A stretch of 64,000 bases of DNA from Eledone cirrhosa (lineage: Eukaryota). Positions 11,785 through 24,905 of this stretch are shown here, in pieces; the stretch's first letter is position 1; each line of letters begins with the position of its first letter. The translations under genes and the position numbers were made by a program. The notes under the pieces were generated by a model. The model was not told the DNA's origin. It was given only the letters and a program-made list of their open reading frames with translations, and did not search any database. The stretch is from the NCBI GenBank assembly GCA_964016885.1, contig OZ024746.1, positions 69,750,001-69,814,000 of the forward strand, written 5' to 3'.

Positions 11785-12560
11785 TGGCAGATTCGATATT
11801 ATGTGAGAAAGATTAGGTTTTAAGGTTGCCGCCATCAGTGATCTGGGTGATGTCTTCAAGAAACTCGATAAGTTGATCACAGCAGCTGGAGTTAGGGATA
11901 AATCCAAATTGCGAGGGCTGGATAAGACTGTGAGAGTTCCAGAAGTTCCAAAGTGTTTCTCTGACACAGGATTCCATCAGTTTGGCAATGTAGCTAGTTA
12001 GACTGGCTGGACGATAGTTGACAGGTGATGTGCGGTCACCATTTTTGAACAGAGGAATGACACTGGCAGTTTTCCACTGTTCTGGAGTAGCACTGTTGTC
12101 CAGATAGAATTGAAAGAAGCATGATAGCTGATGCAGAAGGTACCCACCACATTTAAGAAGCAGGTACATAACACCATCAAGACCAGGAGAGGCATGGCTG
12201 CATTTATTTTTAAGGTGACGTCGCAGAATTGCAGGTGTAAATTCCATAGTTGTAATAGAATCCATGTCAGATGGTACACTTTGGTCTTCAACAGTGAAAA
12301 TGCCTGCATAGCATTCAGCAATGATTTCTGTGCATCCCTTGGGGTCGTCAGTAATCTGGCTTGTGTGGGGATTGCGAAGAGGACCAACTGAAGAGTGGGC
12401 CTCTGCTTTGAGTGTACATACTTCTAGAACACCTTACTGTCAGGTTTGGTTGCTATGTGCTTAGAGTTGCTGGTAAGGATTTGTTTAGATATACTTTTAG
12501 GGTGTTTGTTTAAAGACAGTGTTCTGGGTGGTTGATATTAGGTTATGTGATTGTGCTGTT
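11785..12560 (-). mobile_element. CR1/L2-group LINE ORF2 fragment (N-terminal RT)
   Basis: SPGLDG, PEQWKTASVIPLFKNGDR..NYRPASLTS, QFGF..SCCDQL. Confidence 0.85.
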
Positions 12561-12654
12561 ACTCTAGGGAAGAATGAGGTAAGTGCAGCACACAATCTTT
12601 ATCTCATAATGCAGATTAAATTCTAGACTGTCCCGACATGTCTACTATTAACAG

Positions 12655-15155
12655 CAAATAGTTATTTTAGCCACAGTTGCATATGTCTAGCCAGTAACTT
12701 GATCAGAGACTGTATGTTGAAACTAAGTAATTATATTATGAAAAAGTCATTTCAGCCACAGTTGTACATATCTGACGTGTGACTTGATTTGAGACTGTGT
12801 TGAAACTAAAGCAATTGTATTGTAGAAGAGTTATTTTAGCCATGGTTGTAAATGTTTGGTTGTGTTGAAACTAAAGCAATTACTGTGTAGAAGAGTTATT
12901 TTAGCCATGGTTGTAAATGTTTGGTTGTGTTGAAACTAAAGCAATTACTGTGTGGAAGAGTCAATTTAGCCATGGTTGTAAATGTTTGGTTGTGTTGAAA
13001 CTAAAGCAATTACTGTGTGGAAGAGTCAATTTAGCCATGGTTGTAAATGTTTGGTTGTGTTGAAACTAAAGCAATTACTGTGTGGAAGAGTCAATTTAGC
13101 CATGGTTGTAAATGTTTGGTTGTGTTGTAACTAAAGCAATTACTGTGTGGAAGAGTCAATTTAGCCATGGTTGTAAATGTTTGGTTGTGTTGAAACTAAA
13201 GCAATTACTGTGTGGAAGAGTCAATTTAGCCATGGTTGTAAATGTTTGGTTGTGTTGAAACTAAAGCAATTATTGTGTGGAAGAGTCAATTTAGCCATGG
13301 TTGTAAATGTTTGGTTGTGTTGAAACTAAAGCAATTACTGTGTGGAAGAGTCAATTTAGCCATGGTTGTAAATGTTTGGTTGTGTTGAAACTAAAGCAAT
13401 TACTGTGTGGAAGAGTCAATTTAGCCATGGTTGTAAATGTTTGGTTGTGTTGAAACTAAAGCAATTACTGTGTGGAAGAGTCAATTTAGCCATGGTTGTA
13501 AATGTTTGGTTGTGTTGAAACTAAAGCAATTACTGTGTGGAAGAGTCAATTTAGCCATGGTTGTAAATGTTTGGTTGTGTTGTAACTAAAGCAATTACTG
13601 TGTGGAAGAGTCAATTTAGCCATGGTTGTAAATGTTTGGTTGTGTTGAAACTAAAGCAATTACTGTGTGGAAGAGTCAATTTAGCCATGGTTGTAAATGT
13701 TTGGTTGTGTTGAAACTAAAGCAATTACTGTGTGGAAGAGTCAATTTAGCCATGGTTGTAAATGTTTGGTTGTGTTGAAACTAAAGCAATTACTGTGTGG
13801 AAGAGTCAATTTAGCCATGGTTGTAAATGTTTGGTTGTGTTGTAACTAAAGCAATTACTGTGTGGAAGAGTCAATTTAGCCATGGTTGTAAATGTTTGGT
13901 TGTGTTGAAACTAAAGCAATTACTGTGTGGAAGAGTCAATTTAGCCATGGTTGTAAATGTTTGGTTGTGTTGAAACTAAAGCAATTACTGTGTGGAAGAG
14001 TCAATTTAGCCATGGTTGTAAATGTTTGGTTGTGTTGTAACTAAAGCAATTACTGTGTGGAAGAGTCAATTTAGCCATGGTTGTAAATGTTTGGTTGTGT
14101 TGAAACTAAAGCAATTACTGTGTGGAAGAGTCAATTTAGCCATGGTTGTAAATGTTTGGTTGTGTTGAAACTAAAGCAATTACTGTGTGGAAGAGTCAAT
14201 TTAGCCATGGTTGTAAATGTTTGGTTGTGTTGTAACTAAAGCAATTACTGTGTGGAAGAGTCAATTTAGCCATGGTTGTAAATGTTTGGTTGTGTTGAAA
14301 CTAAAGCAATTACTGTGTGGAAGAGTCAATTTAGCCATGGTTGTAAATGTTTGGTTGTGTTGAAACTAAAGCAATTACTGTGTGGAAGAGTCAATTTAGC
14401 CATGGTTGTAAATGTTTGGTTGTGTTAAAACTAAAGCAATTACTGTGTGGAAGAGTCAATTTAGCCATGGTTGTAAATGTTTGGTTGTGTTGTAACTAAA
14501 GCAATTACTGTGTGGAAGAGTCAATTTAGCCATGGTTGTAAATGTTTGGTTGTGTTGAAACTAAAGCAATTACTGTGTGGAAGAGTCAATTTAGCCATGG
14601 TTGTAAATGTTTGGTTGTGTTGTAACTAAAGCAATTACTGTGTGGAAGAGTCAATTTAGCCATGGTTGTAAATGTTTGGTTGTGTTGAAACTAAAGCAAT
14701 TACTGTGTGGAAGAGTCAATTTAGCCATGGTTGTAAATGTTTGGTTGTGTTGTAACTAAAGCAATTACTGTGTGGAAGAGTCAATTTAGCCATGGTTGTA
14801 AATGTTTGGTTGTGTTGAAACTAAAGCAATTACTGTGTGGAAGAGTCAATTTAGCCATGGTTGTAAATGTTTGGTTGTGTTGAAACTAAACAATTACTGT
14901 GTGGAAGAGTCAATTTAGCCATGGTTGTAAATGTTTGGTTGTGTTGTAACTAAAGCAATTACTGTGTGGAAGAGTCAATTTAGCCATGGTTGTACTTGTC
15001 TGGCCAGTGACTTGAACTGTGACTGCGTTGAAACTAAAACTATTACATCATGGAAAAGTCAATTTAGCCAGAGTTGTATATATCTGGCAAATGACTTGAT
15101 CTGTGACTGCATTGAAATTGAAACAATTACATTATGGAAGAGTGATTTTAGCCAT
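12655..15155. repeat. 65-bp satellite (~33 homogeneous copies, ~12860-14995) flanked by diverged ~84-bp units
   Basis: Unit tgtgttgaaactaaagcaattactgtgtggaagagtcaatttagccatggttgtaaatgtttggt. Confidence 0.97.
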
Positions 15156-16477
15156 TCAAAAATGTACAAAAACCTTAATTTTTAATTTATTGTTTATTTT
15201 TTTAGTGCCAAAATTTTCGTTGGACTGTTTGTGACCTGGTCACTAATATAGACAGAGGAAAGAAAATGTTGGTATATGGCAAATATGAAGTAAAATTCAC
15301 TTTTTTTTTGTGTGTGTTTGAATGACTAATATGTCTTATCATGCCAAGGTCAATTTTGCTTTTCACAGTCAATAAAATGCAATTTTGCTTTTCACAGTCA
15401 ATAAAATGCAAGTTAAGGGCAGCGAACCAATGAATATTTTTTAGAACATAGCATGCCTTTGTTGGATTATTAGAGCATCACATGTCTCTGGTAAAGAAAG
15501 GAATTCACAAAATTCCATTTTCCTGCCTATAAAATAAAGAGTTTTATTGTGTTCAGTTACTGGAGATTGTGTGGCTCAGAGGGTAAAGTGCTGAACTAAA
15601 AACCCTATGACACCTGAAATATATAATTGTTCTAACACAAACACTGAGGTAGATGTGATATGACCACAGCTTAAATTACTCAGCCAATGAGACTTCTTCC
15701 TCCTCTCTGTTGTGATAGATACAACCTGTCCACATCACTTTTGAGTGTAGAGCCCCTTGTAGTGTCATCATTTTCTTGGTTTTTCGATCAAGTCACTTGT
15801 CTGATAAGTACAACTGTGGCTAAAATGACTCTTCTATAATGTAATATTTTCATCATCATGTTTTCTTCCAAAAATACAGTGAAGCAGCAATGTAGCATCA
15901 GACTTTAAAATAGGAAATCAATTAACCTGATTTATGATCCATTAGCCATGATATGAATCATCTAATCACGAAATAACCTTCTTATATGATTAACAGATTT
16001 TAACATTTCTTCTGTTCCTAATCATTAGATAGATAGAAATAACAAAGCTAAGAGTTTGCTTAATCTATCCATTTCCATTTCATTTGTATTATTGATTACT
16101 AAGTACAGAAGATATTTGGCACCACAGTTGTAGACAATAATGGATCAAGACTGCCATGAAGCTTTCATTTCTGATTGAAAGTAGTGTTACTAATGTTTAG
16201 GTGGTAAATTGGCTGAGTCATCAAGAGTGTTAGATTAAATGAGTTGTTATTTATTCTGGCTTACAGCATTCTGATTTCAAATCCCATTGATGTCAATTTT
16301 GCCTTTCATCCATTCAAGGTTGATAAATAAAGTACCAGTCCAGCAGTATAGGATTAAATGCTTTGTGATATTTGTTCTTTTCTGAATTCAAATCATGCCC
16401 AGGTCAATTTTGCTTTTTATCTTTTCACAGTCAATAAAATGCAAGTTGAGGGAGGTGAACTAATGAATACTTTTTAA

Positions 16478-17200
16478 CAATGAGACTTCTTCCTCCTCTC
16501 TGTTGTGATAGCTACAACCTGTCCACATTACTTTTGAGTGTAGAGCCCCTTGTAGTGTCATCATTTTCTTGGTTATTTCTATCAAGATCATATCATCTCC
16601 ACTCTATCACACCATCGTTATCCCTCAGCATGTGTTGATAGCCAATATCTTATTCCTACCACTTAATTTCGTCTTTAACACCAACTTCAGTCTCTGTTTA
16701 TATTCCTTTGATAATAGTTCTTCATTTGGTTTGTTTCCAGGATGCCTAAGTACTTATACCTATTGTCATTAATTTCCTTCATAACTTATCCATCTGGTAA
16801 TTCAATTCCTTCCATCTTATTAATTCTACCTCGCTTCAGTAGTATCACCCAACACTTTTCTATGCCAAATTCCATTCCTATGTCCTTACTGAATGTATGA
16901 ACTGTCTGTACAAGGGAATCAATATGTTCATATGATTTCCCATAAAGTTTTAGGTCATCCATGCAGGTGGTTTATCTTAAACTCACGTCCTTCCTACTCG
17001 TAACCAGTCTTTGACCTTCTCAACACGAATGAAAGTGGAACCATACACAGTACAAACAGCAAAGGTGAAACACTGTCTCCCTGATATATTCCTCTCTTGA
17101 TCTTCATAACTCCCAATGTTTGTCTACATGATGTCAGCTCAGTCTTCCAACCATCCATACTGCTCACCAGAAACTGTCTAACGTTAGCTGCAATACCAAA
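16478..17200 (-). mobile_element. R4/Dong-like non-LTR retrotransposon RT fragment (partial duplicate at ~15686-15792)
   Basis: IKRGIYQGDSVSPLLFVLCMVPLS, MDDLKLYGKS, FSKDIGMEFGIEKC, YKYLGI and GALHSKS.VDRLYL on minus. Confidence 0.85.
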
Positions 17201-18599
17201 TTATGATTATTATTATTATGAATTCAAACCTGCTGAGGTTAGCTTTGCCTTTCATTCTTACAGGGAGTTGATAAAATAAAGTATCAGTCATGCACTGAGG
17301 TCAATTTAATCGACTTTCTCCCTTCCCCAAAATTGCTGGCCTTGTGCCTAAATCTGAAACCATTATTACTATTATTATTTGGCCAGATTATTCCAGTGTC
17401 AGACAAAATACCTCCCAGTATTCATTCTAATCCTTTACCTTTTGAGTTCAAATCTCACTGAGGTCAGTTTTTCACCTTTCATCTTTCCAGGGTCAATAAA
17501 ATGAAACACCAATGAAGAATTGAGATTGATTTAACTGTCTGCCCCCTTTTCCTACCCAATCTCTGGCTATGTTCCTATGCTATGAATTATTCAACAAAAT
17601 AGTTTGTGGGATTTAATTTTGTTTCTAGATGTTCTGAGTAAAATTCCTCATTGAGTAGACTATGCATTACAAGTGTTGATAAAATAAATACCAGTCAAAT
17701 ACTAGGGTTGATATAGTCATAGCTACCATTAGGTATTTAATGCTGGCTCTGCACTCCATTCTCCCAAATAAAATAATTTCAACTTACAGTGTGAAGCTGA
17801 CAAACCTAGTTTGTGATACTTCTTGCTCTGATCACATCATGTGACAGATCTTAAAACCCTCTCCACTATTTTGAATACTTCCACAATGCTGCTACATGGC
17901 AAAGATGTTTTGTGGTTTATTTATTGATCACAAGAAATTATTATATATTAAATTTAATTATACAAATTTGTATACAACTGTGATCCTTTAAGGTTCAGTA
18001 ATACACCTCTTTGACGTCTGTACTCTAGGCAGCTGTCTAGTTGACCTTAATGGTAGTGCCAGCTCTGTATAAAATTATGGTCCTTTAAGGTTCAGTAACG
18101 CACCCCTTTGAGATCTATGTTTTATGTGACTGTCTAGTTGGCTGTAATGGTTATTAAAATAAGTACCAGTCATATACTCATTCTTAATTTTTATGATTTT
18201 GTGCCTATGTAGGAAATTAGTAGATCACTGGATAGATAGATAGCTCTGATATACACTTACATATTTTTACATTCTGAGTTCAAATCCTGCTTAGGCTCAC
18301 TTTACTTTTTATTGTTTGAAGAGAAATAAAATGTCAATTTAATGAACAGTATTTTTTCACAGCACCAAATGCTGGTCTTGTGACAATGTTAGTGATCCTT
18401 ATTGTTACAATGGCAATAGATGAAAAATAGCTAGCTAGGCAGACAGATGGACAAATAGCTAGCTAGACAGACAGAGATCAAGTTGGATACACACATGGCT
18501 AGCTAGACAAACAGATAGCTAGATAGACAGAAAGATGGCTAGCTCAACAGACAGATAGTTAGCTAGTAAGCACAAAGATGTAAGACAGATATTGTATGA

Positions 18600-19260
18600 G
18601 GGCAGCTGTACGGTAAAATTAGATGTTTAATAGTTTTGTCTGGAGGAAGGTATTGTATTTAAGGCATTCATAGGTCCTCCAAGACCAGTGATGTCTGCAA
18701 GTAGGGGTTGTGTGTAAGATATTTCCAGAGTCTCCATGATCAGTGATGTCAATGTAGTTGATATTCTTAAAGAACAGTATGTTGTTGGCAGCCAGAAAAA
18801 ACATGGACTGGGAGAGAATTTCAGAGGGATGATACCTGGGAAAGACTAGAAGAAGTATTAAGTACAGAGGTTTATATAGATGGATACAATATGGGTGATG
18901 AGAGAAGAAAAGACAAGGGAAATTAATGTGTCTGAGTGGAGGGAACATGAGATTAACCAAGTTTGGGGAGCAGAGGTCACATTGGTTTTAACAATAGGTA
19001 TGATTTCTATCAAATCTATGATCGAGTCATCCAAGAGTACAGCAAATGCTCCAATTCTAATAATGTGACGCTGGAATTGAGGTGAGTTAATCATATTGAT
19101 CTTAGTACTGATTTTCCAAGTCAGGTACATATTTGTCAATTGTTAAGATTTGCTCTCTTCTGGACACTCTTTGGAGTCTTGGGATATGCAATCTTTTTGC
19201 ATCCATGCTGGAAGGAGTGCCTTTGTCTCCACAACCTTTCCAGAAATATGTGGGCAAAGA
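18600..19260 (-). mobile_element. Possible highly decayed LINE endonuclease region
   Basis: Weak APE-like words (GAFAVLL, IVSIY, HGDSGN) spread across frames. Confidence 0.25.
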
Positions 19261-19359
19261 AGAAGAAGAAGAAGTAGATATTTTATCAATCTCTTTCTGT
19301 CAAAGGGCTAAGTTACGTGACATAAAAACAGACATATACCCATATATATATATTAAACA

Positions 19360-19525
19360 TGATTGGTGTTAGGAAAGGCATCCAGCTGTAGAAAACCTGC
19401 CAGACAGCCCTATACGAGCGAGACATGGTCACCCGACCAATCTTGCCTCAAGTAGGACAATTCCTGTCTAAACCCATGCTAGTGTGGAAGATAGACGTTA
19501 AACGTTGATGATGATGATGATGATA
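19360..19525 (+). mobile_element. RTE-derived SINE 3' module
   Basis: ggtgttaggaaaggcatccagctgtagaaaacc...ggaagatagacgttaaacg(atg)n ending in (TA)n. Confidence 0.85.
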
Positions 19526-19719
19526 TATATATATATATATTTTGTCTTTGAGTAATATATATATATATCATCATCATCATTTTAAGAGCGGACGTAAAAT
19601 GATGATGATGATGATATATATATATTACTCAAAGACAAAATACCTCATTTGGGAATCAAATACAGAACCTTATGATGAACCAGCATTTTAACCTATTGTA
19701 AACTGATAAACCAACATTT

Positions 19720-20300
19720 CAAAGATCAACAAAAGAAAGATCAATAGAAACATAGTTTCCTTGGTTTGATCTGATAATCATTTCCTTTCTTTTGTTGGTT
19801 GTGACTGACAGATAGTATCAGCAATAGAAAGACTAAGTGAAACATTGTTTCTTTGGCTTGAGATGCTGGTCAGTACCTTTCTTTTGCCATTGTGACTGAC
19901 AGATGGTATCAGCAATGGAAAGACCTTGGTCCAATCTGATGATCAGCTTCTTTCTTCTGCCAGGAGTTGTGGCCAACAGGTAGTATCGACAATAGAAAGA
20001 CCATTAGAAACATAGTTTCCTTGGTCTGATCTGATGATCAACTTCTTTCTTCTGCTATGAGTTGTGACAAAGAGATAGCATTAGCGATGGAAAAAAACCC
20101 AACAGAAACATTGTTTCTTTTGTCTGATCTGATGATTAGCTCCTTTATTCTGTCAGGAGTTGTGACCAACAGATATTTCAACAATAGAAAGATCAATAAA
20201 AATATTGTTTCCGTGGTTTGATTTGATGATTAGCTCCTTTCTTCTGCCAGTTATAACTGACAGATGGTATCAGCAATGGAAAGACTAAAGGAAACATTGT
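19720..20300. repeat. Diverged ~90-95-bp tandem repeat, ~6 copies
   Basis: Recurrent gaaagac..gaaacattgtttc..gatctgatgat..gttgtgac..agatggtatcagcaat. Confidence 0.8.
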
Positions 20301-21949
20301 CCGGCCACATGATTGGCTTCTTTCTATAATATCTGTATTGTGTTCTTGAGCAAAAAATTAAATCTTTCATTAATATATTTCTTATGAAAGACACTGCCTA
20401 TTTAATAAAGTGAGTATTGATATCACTACATTTTTTTTACATTGTTTTAATATATACTGCTTTCATTATTTAGTTTTTTTTAAATATTTCTCTCTACAGA
20501 AATTACATGACTAGTTTAATTCTAGTGCTCACAACAAAGCTGTTTTATCTTAAAGCTGTTATACATAAAATACTTTTGTACCCCTTTTCTGGAATTGATG
20601 AGTGCCACCCCTACCACTTGTATTCAGATCTCCATGAAAACAAAAAAAAAAAAGGGAGGGGGCCGAGAGGACCCTTCAGTCGTGCCATGGTATGGCAACC
20701 TCTCACATGATAAACGCACCCAATACACGCTGTAAAGTGGTTGGGGATAGGAAGGGCATCCAGCCATGGAAAGCTTGCCAAACAAATAGTTGACAGGACC
20801 TTTCAGTCATGCCAAGGACATGACAGCCTCCCTGGTGATCTACACGATTAACGAACCCAGTACACGATATAAACTGGTTGGTGATAGGCAGGGCATCCAA
20901 CCATAGAAAGATTGCCAAATTAAGTGTTGGGAGGACCCTTTAGTTGTATCAAAGACATGACAACCTCTCCTGTACACACGGTAGAACGTGAGACTATACT
21001 TAAGCAAGATAATAAAATGTTTAGCCTTCCTGACAGGTCAGTAGATCAGCTTCAGTACTGGCTTGGTCTAACTGCTGCTAGCAGGGAAAGCAAACGATAT
21101 TAACTAACTCTCTTCTTTATTAAGCTGACGCTTGAAACATAACAAATATCTTACACAGAATTAAGATAGAAGGCTTTTAGATAAATATTAAAAAATAAAA
21201 TGTACAACTAGATATTATAAAACGAAGGTGGTTTCAGGTTTGGAATGAATTTGGTTAAATTATCTGGCCTACGTGCGCCTGACGTGTTGGCCCACCTTCT
21301 CAACAAGGTACATAACTCTGTTTGATTCAAACAACAGGTTCGACTCTTATCTTAGTCATCCGGTGCTAATAGTGTACATATTTGTAGATAGTAAAAAGAA
21401 AGAAAGAAAAACAACAAACTCCACAAAGCATGAGGGTCTGTACAAAAACTACCCCTTAAAATAACAAAAGAACCATAACTCCATTATTAATATTCCATCC
21501 ATAAAAGCTATAAGTGGAAACGTGACAAGTTACTAAATTTATTAAAAACAATTTAAATTTTCAAAAACAAAATCATACTGACTGTTACACTTTATTTTAT
21601 ATATATATATATATATGAAATACAGGAATGAAATAAATATGGTTTTATAAATATAGTTTCCATTTATTAATATATTGTATATATATATATATATATTTTT
21701 TTTCTTCTTTTTTTTCTCCTCATTATTTCAGCTTTTATATGTACGCGAAGTTGTTGATATATTTGACATTTTATAAATGTAGTGTGTTTTCCCATTCAAT
21801 TAAACATTACCAATACTACAACTCGTGATTCTACCTGGAAGATAAAAAGGTTAAACAATTGGCAGTTATATAACTGTGTGGTCAAAGTTGGAAGCTAGAT
21901 TAACAATTTATCCTACTTGATTATCGTATGTCAGTCATCATCATATCTA

Positions 21950-22290
21950 TCAAGTTCACTAATAATACTTCCCAGTCGAGTTAGTACACAAATAGTACTT
22001 TGTGCTGACTAGTAAATAGCAAGTTTACTAATAGTACTTCGTGGTGACCGTAACATCTAGTAAGTATACTTATAGTTCTTCGTGCTGATTGTAATATATA
22101 GCATGTTTACTAATAATACTTAGTGATGACCATAATATCGAACAAGTTTACAAATAGTACTTCGTATTAAACGTGTAGGCAGCTAAAAACGTAATATCTA
22201 GTTAATTCACAAATAGTATTTCGAGCTGACTGTAATATCTAGTTAATTCACTAATAATACTTCGAGGTGACCGTAATATCGAACGAATTA
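21950..22290. repeat. Diverged ~39-bp tandem repeat, ~8 copies
   Basis: Recurrent actaatagtacttcgtg.tgac.gtaatatc. Confidence 0.8.
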
Positions 22291-23034
22291 CTCCTCAATT
22301 CATTTTGGTTCGTTGTTGTAGTAGTGGCTGTCGTAGTCGAAGGTTTGAATTAAAACTTTAGTCTTCATTGCTCCCATCCTGTTTCTCCTTACTGCAGCCA
22401 CTGCATATCAGCGAGTCTAGTTTCTCTACATACATACATTTATATATTATTCACTAAATAATCTATTGATGTCTGATACGCCTTATTTTCTTTCATCTGG
22501 CTACTTACGTAAATTACTTTTTGCCTCTTCCTCTTGTCTTCATTCAGAACCAAGAACATTTCCAATATAAAGTGAGTATTTATTCATATTTTACATTGTT
22601 TTAATATACACCGCCTTCATTATTTTTGCTTAATATTTCTTTCTAGAGAAATTAAATGACTAGTTTAATTTTGGTATTCATAACAAAAATCTTTTTATAA
22701 TTAAGCTGTCACACATAAAAAAATATATGTATATATAAAACTGTTTTAAACGATTTATTCTCACTGAATGCATATCTTCGTCCATGTACAGTTTTTATTT
22801 TCTGTTATTTTTTCTCTTATATTTTCTATATATTTAATATAAAACTAAACACTGTTGGAAAGAACCAGTTTTTTTAGTCTTTAAATGAATGAACCGCCCT
22901 CTAAAACACGTGTACATGGGTGTATCATTAATATTTATCATTTCATTATTTCTATTATTCTGATCAACAGAACAATCAGCTCAGGAAATTGTGACAAACT
23001 ATTCCATATAAGTGTACTGTTAATGTAATTTACA

Positions 23035-23153
23035 GTCTGAGTTCAAATCCCGCCGAGGTTAAATTTGCCTTTCATCCTTACGGGGTCGATAAAATAAAGT
23101 ACCAGTAATGTTCTGAGTAATTGCTGTCCTTGTGCCCAAAGTAGAAACAATTA
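23035..23153 (+). mobile_element. tRNA-SINE family A, 5'-truncated
   Basis: B-box, core and tail match 4620-4743. Confidence 0.88.
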
Positions 23154-24659
23154 TTTCTATTATTCTGTTGTATCAAATGTTTAGTCTATTGTTTATATAT
23201 GTATGTAGCAAATGTTGCGTTGAAGTTGTCCCACTATTTATCAATTTCACGGATATTTAAACATTGTTTAAGATGTCCGAATGCAAGAAAGGCGGGTCTC
23301 TCCATGTCAGTTGTCCTCTAAAACAAGTTGGTAACTTGCTCCATAGAACATTTTAGATTGTCCATGATGGTCTGAGTAAATAAGTTTGGTATTTATTTGG
23401 TGATATGCGTCAGCTGAATTATGTCAAATTGGGGCATATACTATAGGTGATTCGCTGTGGGTTTATAATGGGACAGTACCCGAAATAAAATGTCGAGATG
23501 ATTCGAAGGAAGCTGGAGAAAGACTGTTGTTACATTGTTCCTCTAGTTTGCTGGTTTCTAAATATAAAATATTCAGTCATCTTCTCAACGACTATGTACC
23601 TAATAAAGAAATCGTTCTTGGATGTTTGTAATAATTATCCATCTTAATTAATACCTTCTCTGTCATACTCAACATTTCCGGTTATTTTTGATTTAATGAT
23701 GTGTGTATCTACTTCAGAGGCTACTAAATCAATACCAATATTTTACTTGGTATATTCAATGTATTATGTAGCTTTTCACCCCGAACTGTGAACTTGTGTG
23801 TTCACAGTACATTTATTATACTATCGAGTCCCATACACATTTCGATTCTCGGTCGACGTATATAAACTTAACACAATATCCCAAATTTCCCCTCCCCTGT
23901 ATCTAACACAGCACCCTTTTTATAATAAAAAAAAAACCCATCCAGCTAAAAAACAACAGCAACAACATAATTATTATTAATAAAGAAATTATCATTGTCA
24001 TAAAACTGTTGGTTTATGAATATAGGATATTTTCAATAAATTTACGGAAATATTCAGTTATTATAAGGCAAGTACCGGCACTTTTTTAAGTGGATATTTT
24101 TTATCCCCATTCTAACTTTTTATTATGCCTATATTTTAAAACGGTCTACAGATATTTATGTTTTGAACATCTTTAATTCAGAATTTGAAAAAGTCATAAT
24201 TAGCTAAGGGTTTGGTAATTTCCATTTGCAATACTTTTTTGTGTATATAAATATATTTTGTTTGCATTAATCCTTTCGTTACCATATTTCTAATGAAAGA
24301 CACCGCTTATGATTGTCAAATAATTTTATAAGTAATCAAAAATTCGAAGAGATTTAGTGATATAACTTTCACATTATTAAAGCTGGTGTTTGGAACATAG
24401 CTTAACAAAAGTTATTAAAACAATGAGTAAAAACGAGTCTTCACATTTATTATACAAAGCATATAAATAAATTTACAGTAGAATAACATAACAAACATGT
24501 TTCAAATAAATACATAAATAACATTACAAATGCTTAGATAACGTTATAAATTGCTCGCGATTCTTTCAGAAGGATATATTCTTTTAATGTTGCAATATTA
24601 AAGAAAATGTAAAGGAAGGGGTGAACAACCTAGCCAACACCAGAGACAGAAGCGTCGCG

Positions 24660-24905
24660 AGGAGTACTGGGCAACCTCTCTCGTGATTTTGATTTTTGAG
24701 GCAAGCCAGCACACTCGCAGCGTTGCCTCGGCTAATGCGCTGGAACAACCAAGCGCCCTCGCGAGATTCGCCAGTTACCTCTATTAGGCGAGTCGCCAGT
24801 GAAGAGAGGAACCTCGCAGTCAGCGGCCCGACTCCCCCCCCCCCCCAAACGTCTCGAAAGCCGCAGCCTGAAAAATGTAGCTGGCCGACAGATCACAGTA
24901 TTTGA
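24660..24905 (-). mobile_element. CRE-like non-LTR retrotransposon, C-terminal restriction-like endonuclease fragment
   Basis: Minus strand reads KYCDLSASYIFQAAAFETFG(G-run frameshift)GVGPLTARFLSSLATRLIEVTGESREGAWLFQRISRGNAASVLAC. Confidence 0.8.

Noticed and set aside
12655-15155. CRISPR array or C2H2 zinc-finger array (84-bp period)
   Set aside because: No unique spacers or cas genes; no CxxC..HxxxH/TGEKP seen; 65 bp is not a multiple of three
19720-20300. Tandem hammerheads (ctgatga and gaaac in each unit)
   Set aside because: GAAA does not follow a stem II and no stem I pairing can be drawn
24640-24905. CpG-island promoter for POR
   Set aside because: Explained by CRE-like retrotransposon coding remnant on minus
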